From positions 1 through 35,939 of the IMG/VR virus record IMGVR_UViG_3300012348_000071: a DNA stretch of 35,939 nucleotides; one strand, given 5' to 3'. The position numbers were made by a program, and so were the translations under genes. The notes under the pieces are model-generated. The model was given only the letters and a program-made list of their open reading frames with translations, did not search any database and had not been told where the DNA came from. Below are positions 9,393 through 18,385 of the stretch, in pieces; within the stretch, counting starts at the first letter, position 1; each line of letters starts with the position of its first letter. The stretch is from a virus. Lineage: Duplodnaviria; Caudoviricetes.

Positions 9393-10100
9393 ATGGCATT
9401 TGATCGTGAAGCAGCCAAAGCAGAAGGTTATACAGATGATGAGATTAATGCTTATCTTCAAGCAGAAGCAGAAAAGAAAAAACAAACAGCACCAGCAGTA
9501 GATGTTGGTGAACCTCCTGCACCACAAACTAAGATTAACACTGTTGGCACTAGTGCCGAAGCAGTAGGAACAACAGCTGGATTGGCAGTTGCTCCTTATG
9601 TGTTACCAGCCGCTGGTGCTGCCGCAGCCGCACTAGGTGGTAGTAAACTATATGGTGCTTGGAACGCCAGTGCTCAAGCAGCCAAAGCACTTGCTGATGC
9701 TAAGTTAGCCAGTGAACAAGGTATTGCTCAACGAGCCGCAATGAAAGCAGGTGGTGCTCCTAGTATGCGACCAGTTGCTCCAACAGCAACTTACAATGTG
9801 CCTACAAGTAACATGCCACAGATGCGAGCACCATTACCTACGGCACCAGTTGCTCCTGCAGCAGGATCAGTATTGGGTCCAGTAGCACCCGCAGGTATGC
9901 CAGCTACAGTTACACCTCAAAGTCCTAGCATTATAGCACAGATGCGAGCATTTGCTGCCAACAAAGTATTGCCAATGGCTGGTAATTTGGCTAAAGGCAG
10001 TGTTGGTCCTGGACTTGCAATGTATTCCGGCGGTTTAAATACTAACGAAGAAGAAGAATTGCGTCGTCGTAGAATGATGCCACCAACTATAACGAGATAA
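9393..10100 (+). CDS. Putative internal virion protein (235 aa, Ala/Pro-rich)
   Basis: The N-terminal FDREAAKAEGYTDDEINAYL resembles the starts of podovirus ejection proteins; hydrophobic Ala/Gly stretch; AAGGA RBS. Confidence 0.55.
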   Translation: MAFDREAAKAEGYTDDEINAYLQAEAEKKKQTAPAVDVGEPPAPQTKINTVGTSAEAVGTTAGLAVAPYVLPAAGAAAAALGGSKLYGAWNASAQAAKALADAKLASEQGIAQRAAMKAGGAPSMRPVAPTATYNVPTSNMPQMRAPLPTAPVAPAAGSVLGPVAPAGMPATVTPQSPSIIAQMRAFAANKVLPMAGNLAKGSVGPGLAMYSGGLNTNEEEELRRRRMMPPTITR

Positions 10101-10101
10101 T

Positions 10102-10536
10102 ATGACAACAGCACTACAATTAACTAAAGTATTCAATGACAACTTTGTTGCGTATTTCCGCAGTCATGTAGCACATGTAAACATTGTTGGTAGAAACTTT
10201 CAAAGCGATCACACATTGTTAGGTGAGATCTACGAAGACTTACAAGCACAGATTGACACTATTGGTGAACTGCTACGCAGTATAGATGAGTTTATGCCCG
10301 ATGATATCTATCTTGTATTAGACACCAGTGAAATACCCACTGATGCTATCAGTGGTAAAGCAGATGAACTATTAAGCAGAGTCTATGATGACATTCTAAG
10401 TCTCAAAGACTGTTATGAAGAATTGATGTCTGTTAGTGACAGCGAAGGTCACAAAGAAATTGCCAACTACGCACAGGATAGAATCTTAGCATTGGCTAAG
10501 TTTGCGTGGATGTTGAAATCTACATTGGAAGATTAA
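10102..10536 (+). CDS. dps: Dps / ferritin-like protein
   Basis: H25-x11-H37-x14-D52-x3-E56 ferroxidase spacing, AHVNIVGRNFQSDH (canonical HWNVxGxxFxxxH) and C-terminal KFAWMLKS. Confidence 0.85.
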   Translation: MTTALQLTKVFNDNFVAYFRSHVAHVNIVGRNFQSDHTLLGEIYEDLQAQIDTIGELLRSIDEFMPDDIYLVLDTSEIPTDAISGKADELLSRVYDDILSLKDCYEELMSVSDSEGHKEIANYAQDRILALAKFAWMLKSTLED

Positions 10537-10601
10537 AGTTAAGCGGTCAGGACCCTATCAAGAACTAGAGTTATTTTGCCGCTTTCTACTCTAGGTATCA
10601 A

Positions 10602-11141
10602 CTAATCGGCAGGAGTGGCTTGTGTCGGGTTATCAAATATGCTAGTGGGCTTGTAAGTTAAATCAATTTTCTTATAAGCCGCACTACCCCTAACGATAAA
10701 ACCATTTCGTTGGTGTAGCTTTAGAAATGCAGTTTGTTCTTTGCGTAGTGTATTACTGTGTAATAAAGGTATGTTGTGCATTTGTGCGAACCTAGTCCAA
10801 ATATCTATCATTTCTTTTAACAATACAATACGACAGCGAACACTTAGGTTAGGATCTACATGAGCCATACGCACAGAAGCAACTTCTTCAGTGCTCCACA
10901 TACTGTGTTCTCCGGTCTTAACCCAAGTGTATGCTAACAAACGATTGTTATCATCTCTTGCTGTAACTATCAAATCAGTTTTACCTGTGTAGAATTGATT
11001 TACTAGTCCAGTGACAATATGATGTGCTAACACATTAGGATTAAAGTTAAAGATTGTATTGACTTCGTGTTGTATTAGAAGATTCAACTTCATAATATCT
11101 TCGCTGTCAGCGGGTGTAGCCAATTTCCAAATATAGTTCAT
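10602..11141 (-). CDS. GNAT-fold acetyltransferase-like protein
   Basis: WKLATPADSEDI at the N-terminus, HVDPNL, and FLKLHQRNGF at the C-terminus fit the GNAT pattern. ATG at 11141 follows AAAGGC. It is the only credible minus-strand gene. Confidence 0.65.
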   Translation of the reverse strand: MNYIWKLATPADSEDIMKLNLLIQHEVNTIFNFNPNVLAHHIVTGLVNQFYTGKTDLIVTARDDNNRLLAYTWVKTGEHSMWSTEEVASVRMAHVDPNLSVRCRIVLLKEMIDIWTRFAQMHNIPLLHSNTLRKEQTAFLKLHQRNGFIVRGSAAYKKIDLTYKPTSIFDNPTQATPAD

Positions 11142-11161
11142 TGCTGTGCCTTTCAATCGTA

Positions 11162-11190
11162 TATTTAACTAGCATTTTTAAAAATAAATA
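11162..11190. promoter_or_regulatory. Divergent pair of late-type motifs (TTAAATA on minus 11162-11168; ATAAATA on plus 11184-11190)
   Basis: Back-to-back TAAATA cores in the short gap between the divergent GNAT gene and the 11196 gene. Confidence 0.5.
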
Positions 11191-11195
11191 ATAGT

Positions 11196-11543
11196 ATGGA
11201 AAAAGAACAAGCAAAGACCAAAGGCAAGAATGGCGGTGCCCGTCCCGGTGCCGGACGCCCAAAAGGCAGTAAAAGCCACATTACAATTGAAGGCTTATTA
11301 AATCAAGTCCAAGCACAAACACGAGGACAAGACTACGAAGCATTGTTAATTCAAGACTTCTTAGAAGCCAGAGATGGACACAACAAAGAATTATTGTTAA
11401 AGTATCATAACTTAATATTGAATAAAGTAATGAATAGTTTGGCAAAGATAGAAGTAACTGATAGCGCAGACGCTGTTGAAGCAAAGAAACTGGCATTTGC
11501 TGATGCATTGGCAAAACTCGCTGGTGTAAATGACGCTAAATAA
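11196..11543 (+). CDS. Putative terminase small subunit-like / DNA-binding protein
   Basis: NGGARPGAGRPKGSK motif typical of TerS-like N-termini; first gene of the packaging region. Confidence 0.55.
   Translation: MEKEQAKTKGKNGGARPGAGRPKGSKSHITIEGLLNQVQAQTRGQDYEALLIQDFLEARDGHNKELLLKYHNLILNKVMNSLAKIEVTDSADAVEAKKLAFADALAKLAGVNDAK
11533..11542 (+). promoter_or_regulatory. Putative late promoter ACGCTAAATA (leaderless transcript)
   Basis: ACGCTAAATA-ATACT-ATG, the same 18-mer as at 21070-21087. Confidence 0.65.
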
Positions 11544-11547
11544 TACT

Positions 11548-11700
11548 ATGCCATTGATTAAATCAACTTCAAAAAAAGCATTCAACAAGAATGTGAAAAA
11601 AGAAATCGCTGCTGGTAAGCCCCCAAAGCAAGCCGTGGCAATCGCCTATGCTACGAAGCGTTCGGCAGCAATGAAGCCATCAAAGGCCAAAGGAAAATAA
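11548..11700 (+). CDS. Small basic protein, 50 aa (not in ORF track)
   Basis: Translated by hand: MPLIKSTSKKAFNKNVKKEIAAGKPPKQAVAIAYATKRSAAMKPSKAKGK. The KQAVAIA motif is typical of a widespread small phage protein family, and the ORF fills the gap exactly. Confidence 0.85.
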   Translation: MPLIKSTSKKAFNKNVKKEIAAGKPPKQAVAIAYATKRSAAMKPSKAKGK

Positions 11701-11701
11701 T

Positions 11702-12034
11702 ATGAAAAATTCAATATTTTATGCGAGCAGTGAGCCAGCAAAAGGCACTAACAAGTTTGCTAAAAATCAATACACTGGTTACAGCAATGATGGACGCGAA
11801 GTAAACAAAGGTCGTGGTCCAACAGTTGGTAACAAGAGTAGCAAGTCTACTCCAGGCACAGACGCAATGCCAACTTGCCATCCAGGACACGATATGTTTA
11901 TGGCCAGTAAGAACCCACAAGTTCGCACTCCAGGCGGCACAAGAGCATTTGCACCCAGCGCAGGTCAAAACTATAAAGGCAACGCAGACAGTATCAATGT
12001 AGGTCGTGGCCCAACTAAAGGAAACCAACTATAA
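11702..12034 (+). CDS. Small basic Gly/Lys-rich protein with two GRGPTxGN motifs
   Basis: KGRGPTVGN and VGRGPTKGN; AAGGA RBS. Confidence 0.75.
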   Translation: MKNSIFYASSEPAKGTNKFAKNQYTGYSNDGREVNKGRGPTVGNKSSKSTPGTDAMPTCHPGHDMFMASKNPQVRTPGGTRAFAPSAGQNYKGNADSINVGRGPTKGNQL

Positions 12035-12312
12035 TGTCTAATCCAATGAGCAAACCAATCAACCAAAAGCGTGGTCCTACTGTAGGTAATACTGCTACAG
12101 GATCAAAGCGAGCAGACTTTATGAAAGCTAAGTCTACAACTAACAGTGAGCGTGCCACAATCGCTAACATGATTACAGGCGCACTTGAAATGCGTGGACG
12201 AGGTCAAGCAGGCACTGTTAATCCAGCATTAGAAGGCTTACACAGCACAACTGGTAAGCCTGCTAACCCAACTGCCAATGGTAGTAAGTTACCAGCAAAG
12301 TATAAGAAGTAA
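12034..12312 (+). CDS. Small basic protein with KRGPTVGN motif
   Basis: Coupled start (TAATG); shares the motif with the upstream gene. Confidence 0.75.
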   Translation: MSNPMSKPINQKRGPTVGNTATGSKRADFMKAKSTTNSERATIANMITGALEMRGRGQAGTVNPALEGLHSTTGKPANPTANGSKLPAKYKK

Positions 12313-12323
12313 AGCGTAAATAC

Positions 12324-12347
12324 AACGAGGACACTAGTCCTCGTTTT
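12324..12347 (+). terminator. Stem-loop (terminator or 5' stabilising hairpin)
   Basis: AACGAGGAC-acta-GTCCTCGTT-TT, directly after a GCGTAAATA motif (12314-12322). Confidence 0.5.
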
Positions 12348-12370
12348 GAATAGAAAATTAAGGAATAGAA

Positions 12371-13174
12371 ATGAGCAAAAAACTAAGCCCACCTTCAACA
12401 GCACAGGTGGAAAATCCATGGGACGAATCAGCACCCACAGAAATCACAGCAGACGAAATTATGGCAGTAGCAGAACAAGTTGCTGCCACAGCACCTAAAT
12501 CAACAAGCAACGCAGACTTTGACATGGAGGGTCTAATGACAGACTTTCCCACGGCCAAAGACCTTGAGAGATTTGTATTTGATGAAACTGGGATTGTCTT
12601 AAACCTAAAAGGTCGTGCTAACAAACTAAAGTATCAAGTTGCCATGGATGTATTAAATGGACAAGAAGTTGATCCTAAGTTTATCGGTGGTGATAATCCA
12701 TACATTGATAAAACAGAATTAGTTCCAGTTGAAGACTTAAAAGAAAAACCAGCCAGAGACAAGAACTTGCCTGAATTATCACAGGTTCAAAACATATTTG
12801 TCAGCAATCAAATTCCTCACACAGACTTTGAAAGTCGTATGCAGGACAAGAAAGTAAGTGTATACTTCCGCAAATATAAGAGCGGTGAAATTAGTTATGA
12901 AGTTGTTGGTCCAATTGATCAGCGTCCATTTGGTGTTAAACTAGACAAGTATGGTCGTGAGCGTCCTGAGATTATTAAATGGGTTGATCCAAGAACAGGT
13001 GAGCAAACAATCGTTCGTGATGATGGCACATTAACTCCACAGGGTCGTAAACTTCGTGCGCTAATGCAGAGTTTCAAAGTAAACAATTCAAATCAGTGGG
13101 ATACATGGATTGACAGAGACTTTATTACATTAGGTGGTAATAACATCACTGATGTTTGGGATTTGAGCAAATAA
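12371..13174 (+). CDS. Hypothetical protein (267 aa)
   Basis: Long ORF with TAAGGA RBS; no family recognised. Confidence 0.8.
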   Translation: MSKKLSPPSTAQVENPWDESAPTEITADEIMAVAEQVAATAPKSTSNADFDMEGLMTDFPTAKDLERFVFDETGIVLNLKGRANKLKYQVAMDVLNGQEVDPKFIGGDNPYIDKTELVPVEDLKEKPARDKNLPELSQVQNIFVSNQIPHTDFESRMQDKKVSVYFRKYKSGEISYEVVGPIDQRPFGVKLDKYGRERPEIIKWVDPRTGEQTIVRDDGTLTPQGRKLRALMQSFKVNNSNQWDTWIDRDFITLGGNNITDVWDLSK

Positions 13175-13485
13175 TGACTACAGCCCGCGACAGTGAAATC
13201 CGTAGAGCCACTGAAGCGGCAAAAGTCAGTGATACATTAATACTTCAAAAGATCAATGCGTCACATAGAGTGGCTTTTGCCGAAAAGTTTCCCGGACAAA
13301 TAGAACACATCCTACGCTTGTTAACAGAACGCTTACAAAGTGGACTTGACAAGCGTGATGGAGTTGAAGTTGATAATCCAGATACTTGGAAAATGACTTG
13401 TAAAGAACTCAGTGATTTAAGCACAGCTATTCACCATGTTTACATTGTTAAAGAAAAGTTAAAAGATGTTCAATCTAACACATGA
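13174..13485 (+). CDS. Hypothetical helical protein (alternative TerS candidate)
   Basis: ATG at 13174 overlaps the upstream stop (TAATG); two genes upstream of TerL. Confidence 0.65.
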   Translation: MTTARDSEIRRATEAAKVSDTLILQKINASHRVAFAEKFPGQIEHILRLLTERLQSGLDKRDGVEVDNPDTWKMTCKELSDLSTAIHHVYIVKEKLKDVQSNT

Positions 13486-13672
13486 TGAATCAAGTGCTGT
13501 AGACATAGGTGGAGTTTGGACTGGCCCTGACGAGTTTGAACTTCACTTTAGATTCAATCAAGACGATCAAGAAGATTTTAACTTACATATCATTTTAAAC
13601 AGAGATGAGTTAAGAGCTTTTGTTCGTTATTTGGACAGCAAACTTACAATGAATCAACTAAGGAACATGTAA
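13466..13672 (+). CDS. Hypothetical protein (68 aa)
   Basis: Fills the gap; its stop overlaps the TerL start. Confidence 0.65.
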   Translation: MFNLTHDESSAVDIGGVWTGPDEFELHFRFNQDDQEDFNLHIILNRDELRAFVRYLDSKLTMNQLRNM

Positions 13673-15285
13673 TGCTGGGCACAGATGTATTAATGAGCCG
13701 AGCACTGCGTTGGGCAGTTGATGAACACAATTTAACCATTGATAGTTTGAAAACAATACCGGGTCCATTGAAGTCGCAGTTAATGGATCTAAGTATTGTT
13801 GTAGCAGATGAAATGAAATACAATCAGTTAAAGTATTTTAGACCATTTGAACACCAAAAGCGTTTCTTTGCCACAGGCTCAGCGGATCGCCGAGGTATTC
13901 TTGCTGCCAATCGTGTTGGTAAAACTGTGTCAACTTGCTTTGAAACTGCTATGCACCTAACTGGACAATATCCAGATTGGTGGACAGGGCATAGATTTAC
14001 CACACCTATTACTGCTATGGTAGCCGGAGAAGGTTGGTCGCAGGTTGCTTTAGTATTACAAAATGAATTGTTAGGAACACAAGATGTTAAAATTACGGAA
14101 AATCTTGGCACAGGTGCTATTCCTCGCGACTGCATTGTGGTTGATACTATGCGTAACGATGGTGCTAATAACATTGGCTGCGAAATTAGGCATATTAGTG
14201 GTGCCAATAGTTATTTGCTTTTTGCTAACTATACTCAGGAGGTCAGACAACTACAAGGTTTTAAACTTAATTTGGCTGTCTTCGACGAGCAACCGCCAGA
14301 TGATTTCTTCAGTGAAATTGTTACTAGAACAGCAACTACGCAAGGAAAGGTTCTCTGTTCGTTTACTCCACTCAAAGGACTCAACGGACTTGTGTCAAAG
14401 TTCTGGAACAAAGAAGAAGGCTACGAATACATCAGAGTAAGTTGGGACGATGTGCCAGAATACAGCCCTTGGGGCGAACCATTCTTGTTACAATCAACTC
14501 GCAGACAACTTGAAAAAGATTATCTCCCACACGAACGAGAAGCTCGTATTGCCGGTAAGCCAGTTATGGGCAAAGGTGCTGTGTTTCAATTGGGTAACTG
14601 GCCCTTGTATAAAACAGGCGAGATTGATTTTACTCGTATGCCCAATATACATCGTGCTATTGCGCTTGACTTAGGTTTGGTTAACGATAAAACAGTTATA
14701 AGTTTAATGTATTGGGATCCATATGAGCGAACTGCTTACTTACATAGACAAATTGTTGTGCAGGGTATTGAAGAAGCAGTGCCAACTCAGTATGTCAATC
14801 ATTTACTTCGTCCTGAAGTGTTTGGCACTCCTATTGTTTTACCTGCTGACGCAAGCACTGCTGGCAGATACACTATGAGTTCAAACAGTATTCGTGAGTT
14901 GTTTGAACAGTATGGATTAAATGTCTATGAAAAAGCCATTATGAATCCTGAAGACAGTCAAGGGCGTGTAACCAATCACAAAAGTTATGGTATAAACCAA
15001 ATGCGTCAAATGTTAGAAGTTGGTAGTTTAATGGTCAATGAGAATTGCACACATTTTTTAAGCGAAGCGCAGAATTATTTTGTAGATGAACGAGGAAGAT
15101 TTAGTGACCCAGACGATTGTATTGATAGTTGTAGGTATGCTTTATTGGCATGTCTTCAAGGAATCGCCGAGCCCTGGGACAATCGCACACCAGCAGATAG
15201 AATGCGAGCACAGCGTGACAGATATGTCATGAAAGATAACACAAATAAACCAGCATGGAAAAAAGCATATGACCCCAACAATTGA
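13672..15285 (+). CDS. terL: Terminase large subunit (P22 gp2-like)
   Basis: Walker A AANRVGKT, Walker B LAVFDEQP, coupling motif SFTPLKG, and RNaseH-like nuclease motifs IALDLG and DDCIDSCRYA. Confidence 0.95.
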   Translation: MLGTDVLMSRALRWAVDEHNLTIDSLKTIPGPLKSQLMDLSIVVADEMKYNQLKYFRPFEHQKRFFATGSADRRGILAANRVGKTVSTCFETAMHLTGQYPDWWTGHRFTTPITAMVAGEGWSQVALVLQNELLGTQDVKITENLGTGAIPRDCIVVDTMRNDGANNIGCEIRHISGANSYLLFANYTQEVRQLQGFKLNLAVFDEQPPDDFFSEIVTRTATTQGKVLCSFTPLKGLNGLVSKFWNKEEGYEYIRVSWDDVPEYSPWGEPFLLQSTRRQLEKDYLPHEREARIAGKPVMGKGAVFQLGNWPLYKTGEIDFTRMPNIHRAIALDLGLVNDKTVISLMYWDPYERTAYLHRQIVVQGIEEAVPTQYVNHLLRPEVFGTPIVLPADASTAGRYTMSSNSIRELFEQYGLNVYEKAIMNPEDSQGRVTNHKSYGINQMRQMLEVGSLMVNENCTHFLSEAQNYFVDERGRFSDPDDCIDSCRYALLACLQGIAEPWDNRTPADRMRAQRDRYVMKDNTNKPAWKKAYDPNN

Positions 15286-15487
15286 ACCAAAATTCATTTG
15301 TGCTATAGAAGATAACACAATGATACTCTGTGAAAAGCACAGCAAGGCATTTGAAATAGCCGCATTGACAGCTATGACTCCTCATACAGTCTACGAACTA
15401 GATGAAGAAGACAGCGAACACATGCCTTGTCATGCCTGTAACTTACAAGACGAGATGACTCGTCCTAAAATTATATTACCGAATTAA
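15269..15487 (+). CDS. Small putative Zn-binding protein (72 aa)
   Basis: LCEKH and CHAC motifs; overlaps the TerL 3' end. Confidence 0.6.
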   Translation: MTPTIEPKFICAIEDNTMILCEKHSKAFEIAALTAMTPHTVYELDEEDSEHMPCHACNLQDEMTRPKIILPN

Positions 15488-15545
15488 TAAGTTCACATAT
15501 GTAACGAAATCTCTATAATACTTAAAGAAGTTTCGTTACATTTTT
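15482..15545 (+). repeat. 64-bp palindromic site, copy A (inverted relative to copy B)
   Basis: AATTAATAAGTTCACATATGTAACGAAATCTCT-ataatac-TTAAAGAAGTTTCGTTACATTTTT; internal arms ATGTAACGAAA (15499-15509) and TTTCGTTACAT (15531-15541). Confidence 0.95.
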
Positions 15546-15556
15546 AAGGAGTAGAA

Positions 15557-15685
15557 ATGGGCAAAGGCAGCACAAGACGTCGTGAAGACACCGAAAAGAT
15601 TAGAAATAACTGGGACCAGATCTTTGGCAAAAAAGATAGTAAAGAACAAAAGCCTAAACAGCCAGAACAAAAAGACGCTAAATAA
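15557..15685 (+). CDS. Small protein, 42 aa (not in ORF track)
   Basis: TAAGGAG RBS, then MGKGSTRRREDTEKIRNNWDQIFGKKDSKEQKPKQPEQKDAK. Confidence 0.75.
   Translation: MGKGSTRRREDTEKIRNNWDQIFGKKDSKEQKPKQPEQKDAK
15675..15684 (+). promoter_or_regulatory. Putative late promoter ACGCTAAATA
   Basis: ACGCTAAATAATACTAT upstream of the portal gene; the same 17-mer as at 11533 and 21070. Confidence 0.65.
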
Positions 15686-15710
15686 TACTATCTAAAGGGC
15701 TAAAACAATT

Positions 15711-18002
15711 ATGCTTGATATTAAAAATATCCCCGTGCAAAACATTAATAAAAACAAAAAGATTAATGATACTTTTGTGCGTATGAAAAACCAAATGGAT
15801 GTCAAAATGGCATCTTACTTACGCTATCTAGGCACGAAAAATGCTGTTAACAGAGCGTCAGACTATCACTATCTCTGTTTAGCAGTTACAGATTCAACTG
15901 CTCCTGTTAATGGTATTGACTATATTCACCCAAGTGTAAAGCCTGTAGTGGATTATGCCACAGCAGTTATTGCCAAAGGACTTATGCCCAATGGTGAAAT
16001 CAACTTTGAGTTTGTGCCAGATGGTGAATGGGATGAAGAAGCCGCAAGACAAGCAACTAACATGGTATCTAAAGTTGTTAACCAAATGAATGATCCTCAC
16101 TTTATTCTTGAGCGTTGGGTTATGGATGCTTGTATGCACAAAAACGGTATGATGATGATCAAACCTGTGCGTGAATTTGTTACTCGTTATGTAGAAACAC
16201 AGGGCACCAACGAACAACTACGAGCATTTGAATTACAAGCCGCAGAATCTGGACTAACAACACTGCGCCAAAACAAACGACAGTTAACTGTTGAAATGGA
16301 CAAAGCAATGGCTGAGATTCAACAATTGTTAGGTGATCAACAAAAAGGTCTAGCCAACGAACTATTAGACAAACACATTGATAGTTTGCGTAGCAGTGAT
16401 GATGAAGAAAACTATGCTACATTAGCTCAAGGTCAAGCAGAAGTATTAGCCAGTCAAGTTACTGGACAAGAAGAAATTATCAATGCGGCTATTACACGCA
16501 ACACAATTTATAAAGCCAAATACAAAGTAACTGGTTATGGACTAAACATCAAGTTCCATCCTATTGCTCAACACTATTGGATCTGTGATCCTACAGTTCC
16601 AGAAATGAAAGATCAACCATTCTGTGGTTACTACGATCCAATGACTATTCAAGAAGCAGTAGATTTGTATCCAGACTTACAAGGTGACTTAGAAAACTTC
16701 CGTCAATTTGCTGAATACAATATGAATGGTGCTTATCAAGCAGGTAGCGTATTAAACAACTTGGCTATTCACGCACGTGACTCAGTGCCAGTTATGGGTA
16801 TTCCAGTAAGCAGTGCCGCTTCAGCAGATCCAGATAGTCGTCAAGTATCAATTGTCACAGTTTGGAACAAGTATGACATTGACGGTGATGGCGAGTTAGA
16901 ACTAATTGAATTGATTTACTCGGGAAGTTATATTATTTCCGCTCGTGAAGTAGAGTTTATTCCAGTTGCTAATATGTGTCCAAAACCACTACCTGGAAAC
17001 TTCTATGGTATGAGTATTGCTGAATCAGTTATCCCAATGCAGGAATACGCAACATCAGCGGCTCGTGCTGAAATTCAATTAGGTCTATTAACTGCTACTC
17101 CTCGTATTGGTGTTAAGCCAGATAAGTTAGACTTTGAAATGTTACAGGATGGCGAAGCCGCTATCTTTATTTTGGATTCAAAATTTGATCCTGCAAAAGA
17201 TGTATACCAAATTCCTCCTCCAAGTGGCAACTTAGCATTTCTTGAACAAAGTATGAATCGCATACAACAAGACACAATGGCTATGGTTGGTATGACTACA
17301 CCTCAGGATGTATTCAATCCAGAAGTTATGGCACCAGGTAACAGCGGTGTTAAACTACAAATGGCACTTACACCAAATCAAATTATTCAAGACAACACAG
17401 TTCGCAATGCCGCAGAAGGATTGAAAGAAGCACTATACTTGGTATGGCGCACTCTAATCCAGTATGGTGACGACTTTGGTGTTAAGAAGATTGCCGCACA
17501 ATGTCACCCAGATAAAACTCCTGTGTTCTTAGACTATAAGAGTTGGGATGACATGACTTCAATGACTGATCGCAAGCAACTAACATTAGAACTTGCCTTA
17601 GGTATGCAAAGCGAAGAAAACGCATTAAACAGATTACAGATTATTCAAAAGAGTCAAACTGGTTTATATCAAACTGTTCAAGCAATGGTAGCACAGGGCA
17701 CTATGACTCCTGAAATATATAAGAAAATTAAAAAGCCTTATGCTGATACATTATATACATTAGGTGTCAAAGACTGTGATACTTATTTGCCAAGTGATGA
17801 TGAAATACAACAAATGATTGCTCAAGCACAACAAAGCCAAGAAGGTAAACAACCAAGCCCAGCAGATCAAAAGGATCTAAGTGTTGCTAAACTCAATGAA
17901 GTCAAAGCACAACAGATTGCTGCCGAAGTTGCTGGCGAAGATGCTGAAAGTCAATTAGACTTTATGGCAATGGCCATGGGTGATCCAAAGGTTTATTCTT
18001 AA
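15711..18002 (+). CDS. Portal protein (P22/SU10-like)
   Basis: 763 aa after TerL; DEEAARQAT, KYDIDGDGELEL and PLPGNFYGMSIAE segments plus a Gln-rich C-terminal barrel are typical of this portal family. Confidence 0.9.
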   Translation: MLDIKNIPVQNINKNKKINDTFVRMKNQMDVKMASYLRYLGTKNAVNRASDYHYLCLAVTDSTAPVNGIDYIHPSVKPVVDYATAVIAKGLMPNGEINFEFVPDGEWDEEAARQATNMVSKVVNQMNDPHFILERWVMDACMHKNGMMMIKPVREFVTRYVETQGTNEQLRAFELQAAESGLTTLRQNKRQLTVEMDKAMAEIQQLLGDQQKGLANELLDKHIDSLRSSDDEENYATLAQGQAEVLASQVTGQEEIINAAITRNTIYKAKYKVTGYGLNIKFHPIAQHYWICDPTVPEMKDQPFCGYYDPMTIQEAVDLYPDLQGDLENFRQFAEYNMNGAYQAGSVLNNLAIHARDSVPVMGIPVSSAASADPDSRQVSIVTVWNKYDIDGDGELELIELIYSGSYIISAREVEFIPVANMCPKPLPGNFYGMSIAESVIPMQEYATSAARAEIQLGLLTATPRIGVKPDKLDFEMLQDGEAAIFILDSKFDPAKDVYQIPPPSGNLAFLEQSMNRIQQDTMAMVGMTTPQDVFNPEVMAPGNSGVKLQMALTPNQIIQDNTVRNAAEGLKEALYLVWRTLIQYGDDFGVKKIAAQCHPDKTPVFLDYKSWDDMTSMTDRKQLTLELALGMQSEENALNRLQIIQKSQTGLYQTVQAMVAQGTMTPEIYKKIKKPYADTLYTLGVKDCDTYLPSDDEIQQMIAQAQQSQEGKQPSPADQKDLSVAKLNEVKAQQIAAEVAGEDAESQLDFMAMAMGDPKVYS

Positions 18003-18005
18003 ACA

Positions 18006-18012
18006 CTAAATA
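18006..18012 (+). promoter_or_regulatory. Putative late promoter CTAAATA
   Basis: Intergenic, heading the 18033-scaffold-capsid unit. Confidence 0.55.
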
Positions 18013-18032
18013 AACATAGAATAGAATAGCCA

Positions 18033-18374
18033 ATGATAGATAATAATACCGTAGATTTTTACAACAGCAGACTGACAGTTGACTTAAGTCAACCCAGTAA
18101 GTTAACAACATCTCAAAAGGATCAAGTTAAACATTATGGCAGTCTTGCCGAAGCATTATTGAAGAACAAAGATTTAGCAATGTTTGTTCATCATTTTAAA
18201 TTTAGTGTTGCTGATGAATTAGCGTCCATTCGCAGTCATCAACAAGACGACAATACTCGCAGAATCGCGTTAACCAACGAACTTGCGGGCATTGACAATT
18301 TTGTGAATAGTTTAAAGAGAGCTGTTTACTTAAAAAACCGTATCGTAAGTGCTGAGAAAGCACCCGATGCTTAA
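18033..18374 (+). CDS. Hypothetical protein between portal and scaffold
   Basis: 113 aa, helical (AEALLKN); position is typical of this head module. Confidence 0.75.
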   Translation: MIDNNTVDFYNSRLTVDLSQPSKLTTSQKDQVKHYGSLAEALLKNKDLAMFVHHFKFSVADELASIRSHQQDDNTRRIALTNELAGIDNFVNSLKRAVYLKNRIVSAEKAPDA

Positions 18375-18385
18375 AAGGAAAATAA

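Noticed and set aside
15482-15545. Palindromic sites as attP, dif or simple terminators
   Set aside because: No integrase is recognisable and there is no resemblance to the XerC/XerD dif consensus. A terminator role would not explain 59/64 identity, including the unpaired flank, in opposite orientations while the flanking genes all run on the plus strand.
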